A stretch of DNA of 63,421 nucleotides, the filler included, from Chiloscyllium plagiosum (lineage: Eukaryota), in the NCBI RefSeq assembly GCF_004010195.1. It is 5 parts of one record of this genome, joined end to end, with 100 filler letters (N's around TTAATTAATTAA, not from the genome) between each part and the next. Parts side by side here need not be neighbours in the genome. Positions count along the whole stretch, not along the records: positions 39,641 to 57,320 come from NC_057717.1; positions 57,421 to 63,421 come from NC_057717.1; 3 more parts are not named here. The stretch is one strand, 5' to 3'. Below are positions 51,761 to 63,421 of this stretch, in pieces. The stretch's first letter is position 1; every line of letters begins with the position of its first letter. A program made the position numbers and the translations under genes. The notes beneath the pieces were generated by a model. The model searched no databases. It was not told the origin of the DNA and worked only from the letters and a program-made list of their open reading frames with translations.

Positions 51761-53006
51761 GCACATGCCGTACGGATTAACAGGCCTCTCGGGCTAGTAG
51801 GCATTTGTGACTGGACAACCAGACGTTTCTGCCTTAGTGGTCTACCCTGGGGCCAAGAAGTCCAGTCCAATATGGTCAATCCCTTCTAAAATATTCTGGT
51901 TGATAACATCCCCAACACGCGTTTTTTGACTCTCTCTGAGTCTGCCTTCTCACCATACAATATGCACCCTCCCCCCACCTCTTTACCCCTTACGTGGATA
52001 CCACAGTTCTGTCTGGGTTGTTGCTTAATTTTACTTTGCCTTTGATATGGTATCTTTTGAAATGTGTGCAAACATGTTTATGATCGGCAAGGGGTTTTCC
52101 TTGGGTGTGAGAGAGTTCTCCCCTGGACAGAAATTTTGTTCATTTCAGTCGCACCTATCAACTCAGTTATCACTGGCAACATATTTTTTGTTTCTCTTTC
52201 TCTCTCTCTGTCTCTCTCTCTCTCTTTCATTGTAGATTCCTCGAGCTGCCTTTAGTGTCAACTTTCTTTGCACTTCCTTCTGTTGTTGGCCAGGTTCATT
52301 TTTGTGTTTCTGGTATCGTTCAACTGCAGGGAAGACATGATCTCTGAATTCCTGGCGGTCCATTAACGTTAGATCCACTACTTATACCTTAGTGCTGACT
52401 TAAGGGGAATATTGTCTCGCCAACAGCAGTCCGGAACATTGTGGTGAAAAATTGGCTAACTACCACATCGTGTTCTTTTCAAGACTCCAACTTTTCAAAT
52501 GGTTTTCTAGGTAGGCTGCTGGGCTTTCAGTGTCTCCCAGTGTATCCACTCTCAAAACTTTGTGATTGATCTTATGTGGATACCAGTCTAAGCCCCTGTC
52601 ATGCCCTTTGTTTAAGGCGATCAAACCCTAACATCAATCAATGGAGTCTCCACCACATTCTTCGGCCGGGCTCGTCCATTGGCTGTCTTAATTTCTGGAT
52701 CTCCAGCACCCGTATTAGCAGTGCCATCAATCTCCCGTAGCCAGCAACAGTCCTGTAGTTTTGTCTTCTAAGTCTCTAATCCACTTTCCTGATCCCTCAT
52801 ATAGGCTGGGCAACACATATTTGAGCCCTTCCTCTTCCTGAGTTCCCCAAGAAATGCATTGTCGCTCTGTCCACCTTTTATAAGCAGCAGCATCATTTTC
52901 TCCCGTGGCGGACTCTTCAACTTATTCAAATTGGTACATTCGGATTCCTCTACAGATTCCAATTCTGACTCTACTTTTATTTCTTCCCATTCTTTCCCGA
53001 ATTGTT
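51760..53006 (-). pseudogene. gag: ERV-like gag, copy 2 (C-terminal part)
   Basis: SWGTQEEEGLKYVLPSLYEGSGKWIRDLEDKTTGLLLATGD..TLGDTESPAAYLENHLKSW..RQEFRDHVFPAVERYQK..EVQRKL, a degenerate zinc knuckle (GCILYGEKAD) and PVNPY at the gag end. Confidence 0.8.
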
Positions 53007-53886
53007 NNNNNNNNNNNNNNNNNNNNNNNNNNNNNNNNNNNNNNNNNNNNNNNNNNNNNNNNNNNNNNNNNNNNNNNNNNNNNNNNNNNNNNNNNNNNNN
53101 NNNNNNNNNNNNNNNNNNNNNNNNNNNNNNNNNNNNNNNNNNNNNNNNNNNNNNNNNNNNNNNNNNNNNNNNNNNNNNNNNNNNNNNNNNNNNNNNNNNN
53201 NNNNNNNNNNNNNNNNNNNNNNNNNNNNNNNNNNNNNNNNNNNNNNNNNNNNNNNNNNNNNNNNNNNNNNNNNNNNNNNNNNNNNNNNNNNNNNNNNNNN
53301 NNNNNNNNNNNNNNNNNNNNNNNNNNNNNNNNNNNNNNNNNNNNNNNNNNNNNNNNNNNNNNNNNNNNNNNNNNNNNNNNNNNNNNNNNNNNNNNNNNNN
53401 NNNNNNNNNNNNNNNNNNNNNNNNNNNNNNNNNNNNNNNNNNNNNNNNNNNNNNNNNNNNNNNNNNNNNNNNNNNNNNNNNNNNNNNNNNNNNNNNNNNN
53501 NNNNNNNNNNNNNNNNNNNNNNNNNNNNNNNNNNNNNNNNNNNNNNNNNNNNNNNNNNNNNNNNNNNNNNNNNNNNNNNNNNNNNNNNNNNNNNNNNNNN
53601 NNNNNNNNNNNNNNNNNNNNNNNNNNNNNNNNNNNNNNNNNNNNNNNNNNNNNNNNNNNNNNNNNNNNNNNNNNNNNNNNNNNNNNNNNNNNNNNNNNNN
53701 NNNNNNNNNNNNNNNNNNNNNNNNNNNNNNNNNNNNNNNNNNNNNNNNNNNNNNNNNNNNNNNNNNNNNNNNNNNNNNNNNNNNNNNNNNNNNNNNNNNN
53801 NNNNNNNNNNNNNNNNNNNNNNNNNNNNNNNNNNNNNNNNNNNNNNNNNNNNNNNNNNNNNNNNNNNNNNNNNNNNNNNNNNNNNN

Positions 53887-55110
53887 GGCTCATTTGCCAA
53901 TACAAGGTCCAGTACGGACCCTCCTCTCGTTGGACTATCCACATACTGTTTCAAGAAATCCTCTTGGACGCAATAAACTAATTCTGCCCCATCTGAGCTT
54001 CTTGCTCTCAGGATGTACCAGTCAATACTGGGGAAGTGAAAGTCACTCACTCTGACAACTCTGTTTTTATTGCATCTTTCCAGATTTACAGTATTACCCC
54101 ATCAGAGTGATATCTGAGCTTTACCCATACTGCCTCAGTGGATGAGCCTCCACTGTGTCCTCTCTGAGTGCAGAGTAACAACATTCTCCCTGATCAGTAA
54201 TGTCATTCCTCCGTGTCTTCTACCTCCCTCTCTGTCTCGTCTAAACCAACAAAACACTAGGATGCTGAGCAGACAGTCCTGCCCCTCCCTCAACCAACTC
54301 CAGTGTTGGCCCCTATACCATAGTCCCATATACTGATCCAGGCTCGATGCTCATCTGCCTTCCCTATGATGCTCCTTGTGTTGAAATAAACACACTTCAG
54401 CCCATCAGTCCCATCGTGTTCATTTCCCTGTCTCTGCCTGCCTTCCTTTCTGATTTCCTGGTCCTAGCATCTCCCTTCTCCCCAATCCTTCCATTTCCTG
54501 ACCTGCTGTTCTGGTTCCTAGCCCCCTGCCACTCTAGTTGAAACCCTCCTGAGTAGCACTAGCGAAACGACCTGCGAGGATATTGGTACCCCTCCAGTTT
54601 AGGTACATACTATCCTTCTTGTTAAGGTCAGCCCTGCCGTAGTAGAGGTCCCAATGATCAAAGAACCTGAAACCCTGCCCCCTGCACCAGCTCCTTAGAC
54701 ACACATTCCTCTGTCCTATCTTGTATTCCTTGCCTCACTAGCATGTATCACTGGAACTAACTCAATGATTACTACCCTCAAGGTCCTGCTTTTCAGCCTC
54801 TTTCCTAACTCCCTGTACTCCCTCCTCAGGACCCTACCCCTCTTCCTACCTGTGTGCACAATGACTCTGGCTGCTGACCCTCCCCTGTCTGTGCCACGAA
54901 TTATCAAGTCCCCTCGAACTATCACTCACTTGGACTCTGCCTGCCCCTGGTTTACAGCAGAGCCAGTTGTAGTGCCCCAGGCCTGGCTGTTGCTGTTATC
55001 CTCCCCCCGAAAGGCTATCCCTCCCAACAGTATCCAAAACAGTAAACCTGTTAGAGAGGGAAATAGTCACAGGAGACTGGTGCACCACCTGCCTTCCTCT
55101 CCTGGAGGGT
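53887..55110 (-). mobile_element. CR1 ORF1/APE fragment
   Basis: SPVTISLSNRFTVLDTV, IVRGDLIIRGTDR, RRHGGMTLLIRE and SDFHFPSIDW..SVLDLVLANE. Confidence 0.85.
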
Positions 55111-55129
55111 GAGGTATGACTCCAACCAG

Positions 55130-55334
55130 GAGAAAGGGAGGACTGCAGATGCTGGAGATCAGATTCAAGAGTGTGGTGCTGGAAAAGCACAGGACGTCAG
55201 GCAGCATTCGGGAAGCAGGAGAATCGATGTTTTGGACATTAGCCTGATGAGAGACTTGTGCCTGAAACATTGATTCTCCAGCTCTTCGGATGCTGCCTGA
55301 CCGACTGTGCTTTTCCAGCATCACACTCTCGACC
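55130..55334. mobile_element. palindromic PLE-derived short element with 14-bp TSD
   Basis: Inverted arms span 55169-55328 around CTGATGA..GAAAC; ATGACTCCAACCAG flanks both sides at 55116-55129 and 55335-55348. Confidence 0.85.
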
Positions 55335-56639
55335 ATGACTCCAACCAGCGGAGAACGTGCCTCATGATGCCCATTGGTTCCGTTTAGCCAAGGTCCCTTT
55401 GATGCCACGCTCGTTCAGAAGTGGCCTTGATGTTATGAGCTGTTCCTCTCTCCCTGCCTCTGGAATTCTTTGTCCATGTTTTAACCAAGATTCTGATGAG
55501 TTCCAGACCTAACGGCCCTGGAGAAACCCAAACTGGGCGTCACTGAACAGCTTATTGCTGAGCGGGTGCTGCTTGATAGAAGCTTCCATCACTTTGATGA
55601 TGCAGAGGAGACTGAGGGGGCACTATTTGGCTGGGTTGGATTTATCCTGCCTTTTGTATACCTTGGCAATTTTTGATTCCAGTGTGGTAGCTCCACTGGA
55701 ACAGACTGACTAGGGGAGGAGCATGTTCTGGAACACAAGTCTTCAGTCGGATTGAAGTTACTGGATTAATTTTGGATAACTGGTCAGCATGGACTAGTTG
55801 GACCTGAGTGTCCATTTCCATGCTGTATGTCTGTGTGACTCTCTGACTCTGAACATTGTCAGAGCCCACAGCCTTTGCACTATCCAGTGCCTCCCACAGT
55901 TTCTTGATATGATGTGGAGTAAATCAAATTTGCTGAAGACTGGTACCTGTGATGTTAGTGACCACTGGAGGAGGCTGAGATGTATTACCCACTGCCAATC
56001 TGGCTGAAGGTTGCTGCAAATGCTTCAGTCTTATCTTTTTCCCTGATGTGTTGGTCTCTTCCATCATTGAGGATGAGGATACTTGTGCTGCCTCTACCCC
56101 CAATGAGTTTGTAAAAACCTGACCCCCACATTTCTCAACTGAACACAGCAGGACTGCTTAGTAAAGCTTAGATCTGGTCCCTTCGTTGTGGCATCCCTCA
56201 ACTCTGTCCATCACTTGCTGTTTGTGCTGTTTGTGAAGCAAGTAGTCCTGTTTGGTAGCTTGACAGGGTGACACCTCAAGCCTGGTGCTATTCCTGGAAT
56301 GCTCTCCTGTACTCTCCATTGAGCCAGAAAAAATTCCTGGCTTAATGGGAATGGTTAACTGGGAATCTGCTGGATCACGAGGTTGTAGATTGCACTGCAG
56401 TACAGTTCTGCTTCGATACCTCATTGATGTCTCATCTTGAGTTGCTGGTCTTTTCAAATTCTGTCACATTTAGCACCATTCTTCATACACAACTTGCCTT
56501 TTATTGGTTTTCATTCGGTCATTGGGATTCCATGGCTCTGCACAGCAGAACTTCTTTGTTACATCATCTTTCCTGCTGAGTTCTCCCTTTCCCAGTGACT
56601 CACCCTCTCCACTGGCACTGCCCTTTCTCAGGGTCAATG

Positions 56640-57300
56640 GCCTCATTCATCACTTCAGTCTCTGTGCTGATGTTCCTCTTGGTAAGGCTGTACACTTACT
56701 GTGCAAGCTAACTCTTTCTCACTCTGTTTACTCCACCTCTCTATTAATCTGCCTCTTTTTCTCTCATTCCTCACTAGCTGTTTATACTTGGTTTCCTGGG
56801 TCTCTAACTCTGCACAGACACTCTCTGCTCATGTTGCTCTTGTCCCTCAGAATGTACTCAGTCACTTGGCTGATGTTTCATCCTTGTCTTCCAGTCTACC
56901 CTCAATCTCTCTGCTGAAATTCCACGCTGCCTCACCAACTAAATTCCATTTCTCTGCTCCTCTTCCTCTTGGTGTCTCACTCCACACTCACTCTTCCCAC
57001 TGAGGTTCCTCCTGTTCTTTCACTCCAGTATCTGTCTTGCTATTCTTGTCCCTCTTGCTTTCCCACTGCTCACATTCTGGACGATAATGTTACTGAATGT
57101 CACTCATATGTCCCTCAATCACTCAGCCATCATTTACACCGTGATCATTTTCCCATTTGTCCCTCACTACTGACTCCCTCTCTCGGTGAATGTAATCTTT
57201 GGTCACTAACTGTTCCTTACTCTCTCTGCTGATGTTCTTCTCTGTCTCTGAGTCAACACTGACTGGCTCTGCTCATGTTCCTTCTTGGTCTCTCCCTCTA
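56640..57300. repeat. degenerate CT-rich tandem repeat
   Basis: Recurrent tctctgctgatgttcctcttg / cactcactct motifs. Confidence 0.6.
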
Positions 57301-57320
57301 CACGTATGGTCGCTATTATT

Positions 57321-57420
57321 NNNNNNNNNNNNNNNNNNNNNNNNNNNNNNNNNNNNNNNNNNNNTTAATTAATTAANNNNNNNNNNNNNNNNNNNNNNNN
57401 NNNNNNNNNNNNNNNNNNNN
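57321..57420. other. artificial contig linker
   Basis: N44-TTAATTAATTAA-N44. Confidence 0.95.
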
Positions 57421-57829
57421 TGACGTAGTTTGTAAAGTCAGAAATATGATTCGGTAAAAAGCGGGATGAAAGCGGGATATAGGAAGTCTGAAAAAAGCAA
57501 GTGCGTGCTTTGCTTTGAAGAAGGTTGGCAGTGATGATAATGGAAATTAATACTCAGCATCGTTGCAACACACAGGGACGCAATTCTTTTTGCTAAGTTT
57601 CTGTTCTGCCATTTTATAATCACGACTGCTGTCGGGTTTGGTTTCCATTCCAGCCTTCGGTGACAGCCTGATGGAAGTTTGCACATTCGCCCAATTTCTT
57701 TGTGGTTGCTCTGGTTTGCTGCCACATTCTAAACATTTGCAGGTTATTTGGAATCGCCATTAAACGCACACGGTGACAGAGGCAGTGATGTCTCTGTAAT
57801 AGGAGTGTTCTGGATAGGACGTACTCAGA

Positions 57830-58410
57830 GGATTTTTGTGAACTTAAATAGACAGAGTGAGGTTAGTCTGCGGTTTCCTGGGTGAGCTACATGGACAGAG
57901 AGGGGTCAGTGTCTTCTTCCCTGAGGGAGATAGGTTGACAGAGTTGGGTTAGTTGCTCTTACCTGTGTCAGTCACGCAGATACAGTAGGGTCAGTCTGCC
58001 CTTCCTGGGCGAATTTCTTTCACAGAGTGGTGACAGTCTGCTCTTCCCTGCCTGAGTGAAATAGAAAGAGCGGGGTCAGTATTCTCTTCACTCGATAATT
58101 TATGTTGACAGTCTGGCTTCCGTCTGCTCTTCCCTGGCGAGTTACATTGATAGAGTGGGGTTAGTGTTCATTCATTCGGTGAGTGCCATAGACAGAATGG
58201 GATCAGTCTGCTCTTACCTGAGCGAATTACATTTATAGAGTGGGGTCAGACTGCTCTTCAGAGAATGACCTATATTGACAGTGTGGGATCAGTCTGCTGA
58301 GTTACACTGAGAGTGTGGGGTCAGTCTGCCCTTCCCTGGGTGAGTAACACTGACTGAGTGGCGTCAGTTTGCTCTTCCCTCAGTGAGTTACATTGACAGA
58401 GTGGCGTCAG
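57830..58410. repeat. ~43-bp minisatellite, ~13 diverged copies
   Basis: Unit approximately gagttacattgacagagtggggtcagtctgctcttccctgggt. Confidence 0.85.
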
Positions 58411-61400
58411 GAGTGGCGTCTTTGAGGAGTTGACAAAAGTACCTCGTCCCCTACATCTTTGGTATAATTAGGGATGGGCAGTGAATCGTATCTCATTGAA
58501 AGACAACTGTGTCCCAGAAATGCATTTCTAATAATTGCATGTACTAATTCGACACTGAAAGCGGTCGGGAATAATTTGAGGAGAGGCGCAGGGTAGAATA
58601 ATTAAAGTCAAATGCACTGATGCCGAGGAGACATGACACAAGGTGTGAGTGTGGAGCTGATGGTGCAAGGCTCAGTGTCAGTGCTATTGGTTCAACTTTC
58701 ACTGTTCGCAATGACTCACACACAACTGCTGTCAATTCACAACAATGAGCCTGTTCAACTTGGTTTGAAAATCCCTGCGTGTGTATTAACGTGGTTAAAT
58801 GGACGCGAGAGGAGATGAGCACATCCTCTTTTTTTGTCAGTTTAAACAGATGAAAATATCTGTTGGATGCCGATGCAAGAGGATACTGTTTTTTTCTGTG
58901 CTTTTTCAGTGGGGCATGCTCAGCATTGAAATGTCTGCTTTTGCACAAGCAGAGTTTGATTGCCATTCATACTGAGCAATGCTAATACAGAAAACGCGTT
59001 TTTGAATTCTTGTGATCACGTGGTTCAGACATTGCACATATGGACGACAAATCTGGCTTTTANNNNNNNNNNNNNNNNNNNNNNNNNNNNNNNNNNNNNN
59101 NNNNNNNNNNNNNNNNNNNNNNNNNNNNNNNNNNNNNNNNNNNNNNNNNNNNNNNNNNNNNNNNNNNNNNNNNNNNNNNNNNNNNNNNNNNNNNNNNNNN
59201 NNNNNNNNNNNNNNNNNNNNNNNNNNNNNNNNNNNNNNNNNNNNNNNNNNNNNNNNNNNNNNNNNNNNNNNNNNNNNNNNNNNNNNNNNNNNNNNNNNNN
59301 NNNNNNNNNNNNNNNNNNNNNNNNNNNNNNNNNNNNNNNNNNNNNNNNNNNNNNNNNNNNNNNNNNNNNNNNNNNNNNNNNNNNNNNNNNNNNNNNNNNN
59401 NNNNNNNNNNNNNNNNNNNNNNNNNNNNNNNNNNNNNNNNNNNNNNNNNNNNNNNNNNNNNNNNNNNNNNNNNNNNNNNNNNNNNNNNNNNNNNNNNNNN
59501 NNNNNNNNNNNNNNNNNNNNNNNNNNNNNNNNNNNNNNNNNNAATATCCTGATTCGACAGGTAAAATTATCATTTCAAAAACAGTATAATCTAGAAATCT
59601 ATAACTAACCTGTTTCCTGTCCACCTAAAAGAAAATCTGTTTCTCTCCACAGATGTTGCCAGGTGTAGTGGGTTTCTCTATCAATTCTCGTTTTTAGTTC
59701 AGCTTTCCAAAACCTGCATCTTTTTGATTTTTGATAACCTGGCACAAAACCAAGCATTACCAGGTTCGGACCAGTGGTCAGAAATACTGGTACCACGATA
59801 TACTTGCACAATAAAACGTTCATTCCCTGTCCGAAAATAGAACTAATGTCATGGCAGTTCTAGTTCCAAATCCGAACTACGACATTACACTGAATGAAGA
59901 CAGACGCTCTTGCACTTATTCTCAATGAAATGGCTTTTCCCTTTCATTTCTGCTCAGTTTCACTGCAGATTGTTTTCTACTTGTCTTCAAGTTTTGCAGA
60001 ATGGAAAAAAGCCCATTTGGCCATGGTGCAGTCTGGTTTCAAGACATTCGTCTATTCCATTCCCAGTTTCCAGCTTTGGTCTATAACCTTATGTGTTCTG
60101 ATGTTTCCAATGCAAATGGCAGTGAGGTTCTCGCTTTGATCTTAGATGACACAACAATGGGATTGAAGTTTGACATAGTCAAACTGTGTTATTACCCACG
60201 TCGTGTCTCCAACAGAAAGAGACACACAGATACATTCCCCGAGAGTGGCAGAGTTCTCAGGAACGGACCAGCACCTTGTGCTTCACTTCAGCTGTCCGCT
60301 CCAACATGCAAGTTCAACCGCCAAAAGGCAGCTTTTGGTTAAACCAAAGACAGTTCTACAGACAATAAGAGACGTTGATCTGAGCTAGAATTTGAAGTGG
60401 GCGAAAGAAACTGTAAATTCGAAAACCCAAACCCTTCTGTTCCTGACAGACAACAGGAATGGACTAGCACGCTGCATCCTCGTGATTTTAAATGCGAACC
60501 GGCAATCCCCTAACTCAACCAATTCTGTCACTGACCCAAAGACCAGGTTTGGCTGTGACAGTTTGTCTATAGGTAATGTAAAAGTCCACATCAGGGAAAC
60601 AGCATTCACAAGGTGAAAAATCAGCAAACATAATCACCGTCACTGTTTCACTTGGAATTCCCCACTCTGTGCATCATTTCCTTTCACTGTACTTTCATAT
60701 TTGAAGTTTTTTACATTCTAGAGCCTGAACTAATTCAGCGAGAAACCACTGGTCACTTCGAGCCCGTCATCCGGAATGAGGTGAGTTGAACGATGCCTTT
60801 CTTGCTGCCAAAACATCAGCGCAGCTCAAAACGAGCTCGTGTTTGCATCAGTCTTTACTTGCTGCAGTATATCTGCTGAACAACATCAGATTATCACAGC
60901 GTTGCCTTCTTCACATTGAAACCAAGGGTGATAATATGAACCGACTTGGAAACTTGGAGAGAGAAACACTGCTGACGAAGACGATTATGACGTGAATAGC
61001 AGGCACTAGAGTTTGTACAGGTCCCAAATGCTACTGCAGTATCAAAGGACATCCCTGCAAACGAGTCTGATTTTGCATTGCCCAGAAAGGCTTTCATTCC
61101 CAGTCAGGAGATGTAGATTGAATTCTCTTCTTGTGAATTATCCGAATGGAAACTAAATCCTAGCTGCACCCAGAACACACACACGGATCCTGCCAGAACA
61201 ATTCAGTGATCGATCAGCATCTGTCTGGAAGAACAATGGCAGCAAATACAAGCAAAAGCTATCACAGCAATTACCCCTCCAAGGTTCGCGCGTTTCCCAG
61301 TTGAAAATATTTCGCTGTTCCTTCAATGTCACTACGTCTAAACCCTTGCCTCATGGCATCATGCCTGTACCCCGCTACTGAGGACATCCAGGGTTATGCG

Positions 61401-62160
61401 GAGTAACTCAAAATCTCAATCTCTTGAGTAATTCGGGATTGACGGTGCATCCCATCACATTGAGCAATGACTTTATCCCAGTAATACGTTTCCTAAAGCT
61501 GCAGTTTCTAAGGGAACACTTGCATGCTGTCGGGAATAAGTTGAGAAGTGGAACGGACGAGAGGAAAATGTGAAAGGCAATGATGACTGGGAGGCATGAG
61601 ACAGCAAGTGAGTGAGGAGCTGGTGTTGCAACATTCAATGTCAGTATTTACTGACCACTATTCACTCTGACTCACACACCACTCCTTAACAATTCACCGC
61701 AATGAGCCCATTCCTCTTAGTGTGAGTTTACCTTTGCGGATATTAACGTGGATATTAACGTGGTTAAAGGTGCCCAAGAGGATGGATGGATCCGCGTTAT
61801 CCTGTCAGCTTAAACAGTCTAAGTTATCAGTTTACAACAAAAGCAATAAGAGATTGCCTCTTTTCTGTGCATTTTCAGTGGAGAATTTCCAGCTTTGAAC
61901 TCTTCTGCATAACCAGAGGCTGTTTAAAATTTACACCTAGTAACTGTGAAACACACAAAAAATGAGTCCGAGTTCCTGTGTTCGAATAGTCAAGTAACTG
62001 CACGCATAGTTTTGAATCGTTGAGCTTGGGCAGTCCCTCAGCCTTAGTTAGTGAAAGTTCCTGTGAAAAAAAACAGCCGAATATGGGATCAAATCCTGAC
62101 ATCTCACTGTTTATAGGTCTTTCGTGAAAAACAGAGTTCCTGACTTCACCTGTGGTTCTG

Positions 62161-62242
62161 GTCGTGGTGGGAATTCAAATCAATGACTGGATCGAGGTTA
62201 TAGTTTAAAGACAGCTCCTTCGACACATCTGCCACGCTGCCA
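62161..62242 (-). pseudogene. tRNA-Leu-like pseudogene, strongly decayed
   Basis: Reverse complement ggcagcgtggcagatgtgtcgaaggagctg...tttgaattcccaccacgacc. Confidence 0.5.
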
Positions 62243-62339
62243 CACAAACCCCCGCAACCACGTTTTTCATGATTAGTGTTTCAGCATCGCCTCACTTCAG
62301 GCACTAACCCACACGCACTTTCAATGGCGAACTTGGCGC

Positions 62340-62720
62340 AAGTTCGATAATATTTATGAGGATGTTGCAAGGCATACAGTGTTTGGACTGTAGCGTAAAG
62401 CTGAATAGGATGTGAAAATTCTCCCTGGAGCTTGAGGGCTGAGGGATGGGATTACAGATGTTTATATCAATATGACGGAGACGGTAGTGTAAATGGTCAA
62501 TGACTACTTCTTTCTAAGGCAGGCAAGTTCAAAACAAGGGAATAATGTTTTAAGGGTAGAGTGGTAAAATTTAAAAGGGATCTGAAGGACATTTGCGTGT
62601 TTGGAATGAATTGTCAGATTTAGTGGTGGAGTCTGGTATACTTTCAACATTTCAAACGCATATGGATCTGTATACAGACAGGAAAGTTGAAAAAGAACAA
62701 ACGTGAAAATTTGGCAAATA
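62340..62720 (+). mobile_element. old CR1 3' fragment
   Basis: FMRMLQG..KLNRM..FKTRE..FKRDLK..VWNEL remnants. Confidence 0.7.
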
Positions 62721-62829
62721 GAGCGGTTGTTTACGGGCTCAGCCCCTCTGAGATGCTGCAGTGGCGATCACCAGTTTGAATAGGCACTCATCACTTGGTC
62801 AGTGCGTTGGGCTGGTTTCTGGAAGATGG

Positions 62830-63110
62830 TTAGATTAGATTCCCTACAGTATAGAAACAGGCCCTTCAGCGCAACTAGGCCACACCGACCCTCCAAAGAG
62901 TAACCCACCCAGACCAATTTCCCTCGAACTAATGCACCGATCATAATGGGCAAATGAGCATGTCAAATTCACCTGCCCTGCACATCTTTGGAGTGTGGGA
63001 AGAAACCCACGCAGACGCAGGGAGAATTAGCAAACTACGCACAGGAATCAAACGTGGAACACTGGTGCTAGGAGGCAGCAGTGCAAACCACTGAGCCACG
63101 GTGCCGCCCT
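62830..63110 (-). mobile_element. HE1/V-SINE
   Basis: Reverse-complement head gggcggcaccgtggctcagtggtttgcactgctgcctc and (TCTAA)n tail. Confidence 0.88.
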
Positions 63111-63119
63111 AAAAGGGGA

Positions 63120-63192
63120 TGGAGAATGCAGCTAACAACCCCGCAATCTCTCGCATGCAAAGCGAGTACTCTCGCATTTGAGATAACTCCCA
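63120..63192 (-). pseudogene. tRNA-Ala pseudogene (anticodon TGC)
   Basis: Reverse complement gggagttatctcaaatgcgagagtactcgctTTGCatgcgagagattgcgggg..gcattctcca matches the GGGGAATTAGCTCAAATGG tRNA-Ala family; the T-loop is destroyed. Confidence 0.8.
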
Positions 63193-63421
63193 CAGGCTGC
63201 TTCGGTTAAAACCAGCAACGAATCATTTTTTTCTGGTCTCAGGCTGCCAATGACCACTCTTCTTGACACATTCCCAAAATCTCAGTGGGAGATTTTGGCT
63301 GCGGAAAATACTTCACAAATCATGTTGCCCGCGCAGCTCTCCAGCGAAACCAAAACCTGACAACTGATGAACAGAAGCAGAACTGACAAAGACAACCTAT
63401 TTTCAGACACACGGACTCATG

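Noticed and set aside
27349..53006. A single provirus made of the env-like gene plus gag-pol
   Set aside because: Opposite strands, different base composition, and separated by two artificial linkers.
11708..59624. Long ORFs (170-398 aa) in the ORF track
   Set aside because: They consist mostly of X residues from N gaps.
60010..62140. Additional tRNA-like remnants (~60180, ~60745, ~62080)
   Set aside because: Similarity is too weak to assign by eye.

Overview
Repeat-dense vertebrate DNA from a cartilaginous fish (shark), judged by HE1/V-SINE-type SINEs, HER1/CR1 LINEs and shark-type Penelope repeats. No intact protein-coding gene is visible. Four 100-bp spacers (44 N + TTAATTAATTAA + 44 N) are artificial six-frame-stop linkers, so the window is probably five concatenated contigs: 1-12700, 12801-30955, 31056-39540, 39641-57320 and 57421-63421. 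Adjacency across these linkers is not biological evidence. Most of the sequence is decayed CR1 LINEs, SINEs, Gmr1-type Gypsy LTR pieces, Penelope-like elements with minimal hammerhead ribozymes, and minisatellites. Reading through stops and frameshifts by hand reveals five less obvious fossils. (i) A ~2.5-kb AT-rich class-I viral fusion glycoprotein-like (env-like) pseudogene at 27.3-29.9 kb, followed by a long hairpin. (ii) Two related endogenous retrovirus-like (lokiretrovirus-like) remnants at 46.1-53.0 kb; one has gag, protease, a 2H-phosphoesterase-like insert, a deleted RT core, tether and RNase H. (iii) A multi-exon pseudogene of an unidentified protein at 4.9-8.1 kb, with a paralogous block at 17.6-22.3 kb. 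(iv) An intron-containing Harbinger Myb/SANT gene remnant. (v) A field of degenerate tRNA pseudogenes. All family assignments come from manual motif recognition, not database searches.
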